Origin: an uncultured archaeon
GTDB taxonomy: Archaea > Asgardarchaeota > Lokiarchaeia > Sigyniarchaeales > SOKP01
Length of the DNA stretch: 12,043 nt
Assembly: GCA_964508365.1 (NCBI GenBank)
Contig: CAZDTP010000088.1
Location: 1 to 12,043 of the forward strand
Reading direction: 5' to 3'
In this document: positions 5,711 to 12,043 of the stretch, piece after piece
Position numbering within the stretch: the first letter of the stretch is position 1
Layout: every line of letters begins with the position of its first letter
Translations under genes and position numbers: made by a program
Notes under the pieces: model-generated
What the model was told of the DNA's origin: nothing
Database searches by the model: none
Seen by the model: only the letters and a program-made list of their open reading frames with translations

Positions 5711-7015
5711 ATGGTATTAAATTGGACACCTGAAGTAATCGTTGAAATATTCACGAGTGCAATCATCCTATCTGCTACTGTATTAATGTACATTACACCG
5801 AGAACTAAGAAAATAAAATCTTTATTTTATATTAGATTAGGTCTTTTTTTTATGGGAATGCTCTTTGCATTAGACTTATTGGCAAATCTCTTTTTGAACA
5901 CATTACTTTCCCGGATTTGTGGTCTTATGTTATTTCCTAGTGCAGCGTTATTTGCGATTGGGATTAATTATACAATTAAAGAAACATATAATTCAATTTT
6001 CTTAATTATAGTAGCAGGGTTAGGTGTATTATATTGTTACCTTGCATTTCAACCTGGAGCTATCGGATTTGAATTTGAGGGAGGACATTTAAGTGTAAAT
6101 TGGATTGGATTGTATGAAGCGGTAGGTTCATTTTTTATATTCTTTGTTGGTAGCGCATCGTTTTATTGGGGTTTAAAAACGTGGTTGAATGCTCCATTTT
6201 TGATAAAAAGAGAAGCTCTTATATTTTTTATGGGTACCGTAATAAATGGACCATTAACTCTAATAATATACCTTTTTTACTATTGGAATCCAATTTTTAT
6301 TCTATTTGCTTACGCTACTACAGGTTTAGGAAATTTGATTGTTTGTATAGGAATATTGAAAGAGCCTAAACTCCTTTATATTTTACCATTTACCGTTAAT
6401 AGGATTGTTGTAAGAGATCGAGAAAGAAATCCATTATTCAGTCACGATTGGTCTCGTTCTAGCTTAAATGAATCAATTTTTATAGGATTTCTAAATGCAG
6501 TGCAACTTATGAGCGAAGAAGTTATAAATATGGGGCGGCTATTGGACATTAAATCAGAAGAAGGTATCCTTACATTATATAAATCTGAATTGATCTCAGT
6601 TGGTTTAGTTGCATCTAAATACTCTAAATTATTACGAGAGTGTGTTTTACAATTTACTCAAGATTTTGAGCAAAAATTTGAACGAGAGTTGAAAAAACAG
6701 GTTTGGGATATAGCCCAATATGAGGGTGCATTTGAATTAATTGAGAAATATTTTTCAAACTTTCCGTCTCATGTTATTTCTAGTAGAAACCAACCTCTAC
6801 TTTTATCAAGTAAATATGTGAAACGAGTAGGGGAATTAGATAATAAACTTAGAAAAATGTTCCCTGATGAGAAAGAATATGAAAATATAAGAAATGAGAT
6901 GCAGAAGTCCCCAATTGGCTTAGCATCTGACTTTTTTTCTCTCTACGGCGAGCTAAAAGGCGAAATTGATAAAATCGAAGATAAAAAAGTTGATCAGCTT
7001 GATCTGAAAGACTAA
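5711..7015 (+). CDS. 7-TM membrane protein fused to a C-terminal longin-like domain, copy 2 (434 aa)
   Basis: Colinear ungapped paralog of 868..2187 (shared MVLNW start, EPKLLYILPFT, GFLNAVQLMSEEV, AFELIEKYFSNFP); begins 41 nt after the regulator stop. Confidence 0.8.
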   Translation: MVLNWTPEVIVEIFTSAIILSATVLMYITPRTKKIKSLFYIRLGLFFMGMLFALDLLANLFLNTLLSRICGLMLFPSAALFAIGINYTIKETYNSIFLIIVAGLGVLYCYLAFQPGAIGFEFEGGHLSVNWIGLYEAVGSFFIFFVGSASFYWGLKTWLNAPFLIKREALIFFMGTVINGPLTLIIYLFYYWNPIFILFAYATTGLGNLIVCIGILKEPKLLYILPFTVNRIVVRDRERNPLFSHDWSRSSLNESIFIGFLNAVQLMSEEVINMGRLLDIKSEEGILTLYKSELISVGLVASKYSKLLRECVLQFTQDFEQKFERELKKQVWDIAQYEGAFELIEKYFSNFPSHVISSRNQPLLLSSKYVKRVGELDNKLRKMFPDEKEYENIRNEMQKSPIGLASDFFSLYGELKGEIDKIEDKKVDQLDLKD

Positions 7016-7032
7016 ACTGCATTAATAAACGC

Positions 7033-7614
7033 TTATTGTTTTCTCCTTAGATAATAACCTTTATCAGTTAAAATATTTGCAACTATATCTCCTTGATTGA
7101 GTAATTTATAATTAGTATAATCAATTTCTGAACGAGCAAGAGCTATAAGTTCTCTTGATTCATTTAAGACTAGCAGTATTGCATCTTTTTGTACGGCTGA
7201 TGGAATATTAAAGATCATCCTTTTTAATATCGGATTTCCATATAGAATTGCTTTCTCTCCTTTATTAGATATAATTAAAATATTTTGATCTGGAATTTTA
7301 TTTTCGTTTAAAAAGAATTCTGCTCCTTCCAAGCTTAAATGAAAAATTCCCTTCCTAATAAAACCAAAATAAACACCTGCTGAACACACGATTTCTACTT
7401 TAAGGATTTTTTCCAAAAGATTGCCTTGATCACGGGAAATTAAATAGATTGAAGGAAACTTGCTTTCAACTTCCAACCTATTTGAGGAAATGTATAATCT
7501 ATAGTCGTTTTTCTCTAAATAAGGTAATATTACGAGGGATAATTTTAAAAGTGAGTCTATAATAATTTTTTTTTCAATTTTATTAATAAGCCTAAATTTT
7601 ATTAAATCTCTCAT
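7033..7614 (-). CDS. nip7: NIP7/UPF0113 family ribosome-biogenesis protein with C-terminal PUA domain
   Basis: SAGVYFGFIRKG.FHLSLEG, GEKAILYG, LVLNES.ELIALA and terminal TDKGYYLR match archaeal Nip7-like proteins. Confidence 0.85.
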   Translation of the reverse strand: MRDLIKFRLINKIEKKIIIDSLLKLSLVILPYLEKNDYRLYISSNRLEVESKFPSIYLISRDQGNLLEKILKVEIVCSAGVYFGFIRKGIFHLSLEGAEFFLNENKIPDQNILIISNKGEKAILYGNPILKRMIFNIPSAVQKDAILLVLNESRELIALARSEIDYTNYKLLNQGDIVANILTDKGYYLRRKQ

Positions 7615-7690
7615 TCTCTAATAAAATAAAAAGAAATAAGTAGTTTTATAATTATTAATCATTAAAGTTATTAAAAAATAGTGTTGAAAA
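7615..7690. promoter_or_regulatory. 76-bp divergent promoter region shared by nip7 and vps22
   Basis: Divergent starts at 7614 and 7691; central TTTTATAA (7644..7651) preceded by a purine-rich tract. The AT-rich background lowers significance. Confidence 0.4.
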
Positions 7691-8407
7691 ATGGGCATTC
7701 GCAAAATCGAGGACGAAATAGATTTAAGAGAAGCCATGAAGAAAAAAGCAGCTGAGTTGAAGCTTATGGACATGGAAGCAAAAGCTGCAACAGAAAACTT
7801 TACAAAAGAAAGGCTTACAGAATTAGCTAAAACCCATGGAGTCATTTTGGCGTTAACTCCTGAATTAAAGAATGAAGTTAAAGCTTTACAAAAAAAGTTT
7901 AACATTCCATCGTCCAAAATAATTACTGAACAGATTACAGAAAACGATGTTTTAAAGAAATTTTCAAAAATAGACCATGAAAATTTGGGAATGCTTGCTT
8001 ACCAAAGAATCTTGATGCAGAAAGAAGAAATAGGAGTAGGGTTAACACCAATTTCTAGAATCTATGGATTAGTAAATACGGGGATCTTAAAAGGGATATT
8101 AGACATTAAAGATTTGTTAAAAGCTTTAAAATTACTCAAGAAAAATCATATTATCGATGATTTGCAAGAATTTGATTCCGGTATCGTAATGGTAAGATTT
8201 TTTCCCGTTCAATACACTACTGATCAAGTGAAAGTTGTAGGAGTTGCTAAAGAAAAGGGTTTTATTTCTCTTGAAGATGTATGTATTGCCCTAAACTGGT
8301 CTCAAGATCGAGCATCAGAGACTTTGAAGTCATTAGAAGACACAGGAGTGGCAAAATTGAGAGAATCTCTCTTAAAGGGAAAGCAATGGTACTTCCCCTC
8401 TTTATAA
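7691..8407 (+). CDS. vps22: ESCRT-II Vps22/Vps36-like (EAP30 domain) protein
   Basis: Aligns by eye with eukaryotic SNF8/Vps22: ERLTELAKTH..TPELK, DLLKALKLLKK, PVQYTTDQVKVVGVAKEKGFISLEDVCIALNWSQDRASETLKSLEDTGVA, WYFPSL. Confidence 0.9.
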   Translation: MGIRKIEDEIDLREAMKKKAAELKLMDMEAKAATENFTKERLTELAKTHGVILALTPELKNEVKALQKKFNIPSSKIITEQITENDVLKKFSKIDHENLGMLAYQRILMQKEEIGVGLTPISRIYGLVNTGILKGILDIKDLLKALKLLKKNHIIDDLQEFDSGIVMVRFFPVQYTTDQVKVVGVAKEKGFISLEDVCIALNWSQDRASETLKSLEDTGVAKLRESLLKGKQWYFPSL

Positions 8408-8412
8408 TTGAG

Positions 8413-9303
8413 TTATTCTATTTTTATTTTAAAAGAAACTTGATCATCATCTAGTCTAATAATCGTCCCCTTCTTATCTTTTTCTAACATTTTAAAAATT
8501 TTAATTATATCATCATTGGGAAGTTTACTAAACGCTCTATTAGATTCTCTAATTTCAAATATTAATATTGGCTCTAATGGAGAAATTTCCATGGCCCAAT
8601 CGTATATTTCTTCTGCCCAATTATCTAAACTCTTCCAATAAACTCTTAATTTCTCTTTACTTTTGGATAACCATTCAGCTTGTTCTTTATTAACTAGTTC
8701 TTCAGCAATTTCTTCTAAGGCTTGTTTTCGGTCTTCAAAATTAGAAAAGGGTTTTTCAGATTCAGTTTGCCGAAGATATAAAATATGAAGTATAGCATAC
8801 CGTGCGTAATCGAAAAGAACTTTAGACCATTCATTTTTCCAAGATTCGTAGTCTTTCAAGTCAGTTTTTCTATTTGGAATTGAATACATAAAGATATATC
8901 TTTTTTCTTCAAGCCACGGGTAATCGTTAAGTAACAATTCATAAGTTGATATTTCTTTAGTAACAGCCTCTCTCTCTTTTATTATTTCTAGCTCAATCTC
9001 TCGAAGTTCATTTTCAATTTGAGCGGCGTTTTGCTCGTAGGCTTTTTGGTCGATTTCTCCTAGTTTTGATGTAAGGATATCTTCAATTTTATTTAACCGT
9101 TCTTCAATTTCTTCACTTGGAAGCCCTTCTTGGATCGAATCTGAAACAATTTTCTCTGAATCAACTTCAATTTCTTTTAATTCCTTTTGTTTCTTTAGTT
9201 CTTTTAATCGAGCTAATTCCTTCCTTAAGCCATCTAATTCTCTTTCAGGTTTTTCTTTTGCCTCCTCAACAGCTTCTTTTGGTTTTTCTTTTTGACGTTC
9301 CAT
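8413..9303 (-). CDS. vps25: ESCRT-II Vps25-like protein with ~120-aa charged coiled-coil N-terminal extension
   Basis: WKNEWSKVLFDYAR and AEELVNKEQAEWLSKSKEKLRVYWKSLDNWAEEIYDWA match the Vps25 tandem winged helices (compare human LEWLDKSKSSFLIMWRRPEEWGKLIYQW). Confidence 0.9.
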   Translation of the reverse strand: MERQKEKPKEAVEEAKEKPERELDGLRKELARLKELKKQKELKEIEVDSEKIVSDSIQEGLPSEEIEERLNKIEDILTSKLGEIDQKAYEQNAAQIENELREIELEIIKEREAVTKEISTYELLLNDYPWLEEKRYIFMYSIPNRKTDLKDYESWKNEWSKVLFDYARYAILHILYLRQTESEKPFSNFEDRKQALEEIAEELVNKEQAEWLSKSKEKLRVYWKSLDNWAEEIYDWAMEISPLEPILIFEIRESNRAFSKLPNDDIIKIFKMLEKDKKGTIIRLDDDQVSFKIKIE

Positions 9304-9324
9304 AATCTACATCTTTAAAATTTT

Positions 9325-10542
9325 TTAAAATTCTCCGAATTCTTTAGCCCATTGCTCGTATTGACGTAAAGAAGAACCTGTAGTCATAGGTTTTACTTTT
9401 TTTAGAGTTTTAGTAAAGTCTTGTAAGTTAATATCCCTTACAATTACTTCTTTATCGGAATTTTCTAAGAGGCCTCCCATATCTAATTCCCGGATTGGAA
9501 GCATAATAACTTCACGACATACATTAGAGATGTCTCTTCCAGAATATCCATCAGATCTAACTCCTAACTCAATAAAATCTTCCTCGGGTATAGCCATATT
9601 AATTCCTGCGGTGTGAATCTTGAATATTCCAACTCTGGCTGGTAGATCTGGAAGAGGAACATACACTTTTTTTTCAAATCTACTAAGCATGGCAGTATCA
9701 ATATCCCAAGGTCGATTCGTTGCCCCTAAAACTAACAAAGGTTTTTTAGACCCTGATTTAATTCCTTGAATTTCGGCTAATAGTTGAGTTTTTACTCTCC
9801 TTTCTCCACCACCTTCATGACCTTCGCCTCTCTTAGTAGCCACAGAGTCAATTTCATCCATAAATATTAGACTAGGGGCTTTTATTCGAGCAACTTTAAA
9901 AAGAGAACTTATTAACTTTTCACTTTCTCCTAACCATTTGCTTAATAAGTCGGCTGACGAGACACTAAAAAAAGTTGCTTCACATTCTGTTGCTGCTGCC
10001 CTGGCTAGCAATGTTTTTCCACATCCTGGCGGCCCAAATAAAAGAATCCCTGACCATGGCTTTCTTGCTCCTTTGAATAAATTGGGTTTCATAATTGGCA
10101 AAACGATAGCTTCTCTTAAGGCTTGTTTGCTTCCATCTAAACCCGCGATGTCTATCCATTTCACATTAGGCGATTCAGTTAATATAGTTCCCGATATTGA
10201 ATCTATTATTTCTTGTTCCTCAGCAGTGTATTCTCCTTCTACCACAGCTGATTCGCCCTCTTTTGGTTCGCTTGGTTTACTGGATGGCTTTCCCCTTTTA
10301 GCACGAGGACCACTTAAGTGAGTTTTTAGTACGTTAGCACGATCTAAGTATTGTTCAATTTGTTCGTGACACTTTCTAATCATTATAGGATTTTTATTGT
10401 ATTGTACGAATTGTATTAAGATTTCAGCAGCTCGCTGATATTTATTTAGCGCTTGTCTATATTGACCATTTTCATCTAACGCAACTGCGGCTTGCGCTTC
10501 TTGTACAGCATATTGGTATAGTTTGCTATCAACACTACTCAA
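9325..10542 (-). CDS. vps4: Vps4 AAA+ ATPase with N-terminal MIT domain (TTG start)
   Basis: MIT-like helices (AQAAVALDENGQYRQALNKY), Walker A GPPGCGKT, pore loop SKWLGESEK, Walker B IFMDEID, RGEG..ERRVKTQLL, GATNRPWDID, C-terminal YEQWAKEFG. No eukaryotic beta-domain insertion. Sits upstream of and co-oriented with vps25. Confidence 0.93.
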   Translation of the reverse strand: MSSVDSKLYQYAVQEAQAAVALDENGQYRQALNKYQRAAEILIQFVQYNKNPIMIRKCHEQIEQYLDRANVLKTHLSGPRAKRGKPSSKPSEPKEGESAVVEGEYTAEEQEIIDSISGTILTESPNVKWIDIAGLDGSKQALREAIVLPIMKPNLFKGARKPWSGILLFGPPGCGKTLLARAAATECEATFFSVSSADLLSKWLGESEKLISSLFKVARIKAPSLIFMDEIDSVATKRGEGHEGGGERRVKTQLLAEIQGIKSGSKKPLLVLGATNRPWDIDTAMLSRFEKKVYVPLPDLPARVGIFKIHTAGINMAIPEEDFIELGVRSDGYSGRDISNVCREVIMLPIRELDMGGLLENSDKEVIVRDINLQDFTKTLKKVKPMTTGSSLRQYEQWAKEFGEF

Positions 10543-10639
10543 CGGCGATAACCTTTTAAAAGTAATTATCTATCTTATCTATCTTAAAATATTATTAATA
10601 TTTATAATATACTATAACAAGTATATAAGTAAATTTTGA

Positions 10640-11960
10640 ATTTAATTGATAATATCAATCAGTATTATCAGACTCTGGTTTCCTTTAAATAAAGATAATT
10701 ATATTTAACTATTAACTTGAGATTATCTGAAACGATATACTTAAATTCTTCCGAACAAATTTCTAAATTGTGTCATTTAGCTAAGAATTTATTCAATTTA
10801 GCTAATTGGTATGTAAGACAAGATTTTTTTAAATTAAATAATTTCATAAATTACTACGATCTGGATTATGTATTAAAAGATAAACAAGCATATAGAAGAT
10901 TACCTTCTCAGACTTCTCAACAGATTCTAAAACTAGTCAATAGAAATTGGAGATCGTATTTTGGAGCATTAAAAGAATATAGAGCTAATCCTAATAAATT
11001 TAGAAAAAAGCCTAGAATTCCAAGCTATAAAAAGAAGAACGGAGAATATATCGTTGTTTTTTCAAACCAGCAGTGTAGAATTAGGGAGGGGTATCTACAC
11101 TTTCCAAAAAAAGTTAATCTCAAACTAGTGAAAACAAGAATTACTGAAAAACTAAAAGAAGTAAGGATTATTCCATTAGGGATAAAGTATAAAATAGAAA
11201 TAGTTTACGAAAAAGAAAAGCAGGATTTAGGATTAAATAAAAATGCGATGGTATCAATTGATTTAGGACTGAATAACCTTATAACTGCTGTAAATAATAT
11301 TGGGTTAGATCCAATTATTATTAAAGGTAAGATTATAAAATCCATAAATCAATATTACAACAAGCAATTAGCATATTATAGAAGTATCGAAAACAAGAAG
11401 AATAATTTTCAAGACACAAAAAGACTTCAAAAATTACATCTAAAGAGAAACAATAAAATAAACACCATCTTTCATAGAATTTCTAGATGTTTAATTGAGT
11501 ATTGCATCAAAAATAATCTTGGAACTATTATTATTGGATACAATGATGGTTGGAAGCAGAATATCAATTTGGGTAAAAAAAATAACCAGAACTTTGTTCA
11601 GATTCCATTCTTAAGGTTGATTAATCAAGTTAAATATAAATCAGAACTGATTGGAATTACGGTAATAACAGTTAACGAGAACCACACATCTAAGTGTAGT
11701 TTTCTCGATAATGAAGAGATTAGGCATCATAAGAAATATATAGGCAAAAGAATTAGTCGGGGTTTATTTAGAACTTCCAATGGCAGACTTATCAATGCCG
11801 ACATAAATGCAAGTTATAATATCATGAAAAAAGCATTCCCAAACGCCGTTTCGGTTGATAGGATAGAGGCATTCGGACTGATGCCACAAATAATGCAACA
11901 AAATATCGTTGATACTATTATTTGAAATAAAATGAGTATAGTTTTATTCATTTTGATGGT
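10640..11960 (+). mobile_element. IS200/IS605-superfamily TnpB-only (IS1341-like) element; ends approximate
   Basis: tnpB with no tnpA in the 174 bp upstream. Small inverted repeats at 10645..10670 and 11929..11954 could be subterminal hairpins. Exact ends not determined. Confidence 0.6.
10717..11925 (+). CDS. tnpB: TnpB RNA-guided endonuclease, rearranged RuvC-II type (TTG start)
   Basis: N-terminal AKNLFNLANW and LPSQTSQQ; RuvC-I SIDLG (D182); IIIGYN (G274 at the usual Glu position); E321 in VNENHTSKC; RuvC-III NAD (D362); family-typical KKAFPNA tail. Confidence 0.93.
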   Translation: MRLSETIYLNSSEQISKLCHLAKNLFNLANWYVRQDFFKLNNFINYYDLDYVLKDKQAYRRLPSQTSQQILKLVNRNWRSYFGALKEYRANPNKFRKKPRIPSYKKKNGEYIVVFSNQQCRIREGYLHFPKKVNLKLVKTRITEKLKEVRIIPLGIKYKIEIVYEKEKQDLGLNKNAMVSIDLGLNNLITAVNNIGLDPIIIKGKIIKSINQYYNKQLAYYRSIENKKNNFQDTKRLQKLHLKRNNKINTIFHRISRCLIEYCIKNNLGTIIIGYNDGWKQNINLGKKNNQNFVQIPFLRLINQVKYKSELIGITVITVNENHTSKCSFLDNEEIRHHKKYIGKRISRGLFRTSNGRLINADINASYNIMKKAFPNAVSVDRIEAFGLMPQIMQQNIVDTII

Positions 11961-11990
11961 CTCCCCAATTATTTGAATATATCTTAGGAA
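11800..11990 (+). ncRNA. Expected omegaRNA (reRNA) region overlapping the tnpB 3' end; boundaries unknown
   Basis: Position inferred from known TnpB biology. Direct support is limited to a 10-bp hairpin AAAATGAGTA-tagttt-TATTCATTTT (11929..11954, one G-U pair). Confidence 0.3.
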
Positions 11991-12043
11991 CATTTACAGT
12001 AAACATTGGTCTACAAAAAATTATATATCTCAAATCTATTTAT

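Larger units (their letters stand above)
868..7015. repeat. Old inverted duplication of [element - regulator - 7TM-longin]: 868..3315 (-) and 4557..7015 (+)
   Basis: Same gene order, similar spacers (47 and 41 nt), 52-55% protein identity, shared upstream element. Confidence 0.85.

Noticed and set aside
6166-6369. 67-aa alternative-frame ORF
   Set aside because: Out-of-frame overlap within the 7TM gene, with no counterpart noted in the paralog.
868-7015. Inverted copies as transposon terminal inverted repeats or an active invertible switch
   Set aside because: The copies are only ~52-55% identical at protein level, with no long nucleotide identity and no recombinase or transposase between them.
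7618-7917. 99-aa minus-strand ORF
   Set aside because: Mostly antisense to vps22; low-information sequence.
9117-10321. 62-aa and 127-aa plus-strand ORFs
   Set aside because: Antisense shadows of vps25 and vps4.
9325-10542. AAA ATPase as katanin, spastin or Cdc48
   Set aside because: A single AAA domain with MIT, the C-terminal EFG helix and ESCRT-II neighbours favours Vps4.
10566-10602. TTATCTATC tandem repeat and AATATT palindromes upstream of vps4
   Set aside because: Short and very AT-rich, so expected by chance at this base composition.
1-12043. tRNA or rRNA genes
   Set aside because: No cloverleaf or GC-rich structured segment of suitable length in any intergenic region.

Overview
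AT-rich (roughly 30% GC by eye) archaeal window, very probably from an Asgard archaeon (Lokiarchaeia-like). Left to right it holds: (1) the 5' part of a secreted LVIVD-repeat beta-propeller gene that the ORF track missed; (2) two inverted, diverged copies of a two-gene module, each a multi-winged-helix regulator followed by a 7-TM membrane protein fused to a longin-like cytoplasmic domain, flanking a NOP2/NSUN-type m5C RNA methyltransferase; (3) a NIP7/UPF0113 PUA protein; (4) an ESCRT cluster (Vps22/36-like, Vps25-like with a long coiled-coil N-terminus, Vps4); (5) a solo TnpB with a rearranged RuvC-II site. The most interesting signal is the duplicated regulator + 7TM-longin module together with a 30-bp non-coding element (19 of 30 positions invariant, ending in a TATA-like box). 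The element occurs four times, always in the sense orientation, upstream of both regulators and twice upstream of the LVIVD gene. This suggests an undescribed receptor-regulator-surface protein circuit next to the ESCRT genes. All domain calls come from motif recognition and manual alignment, not database searches.
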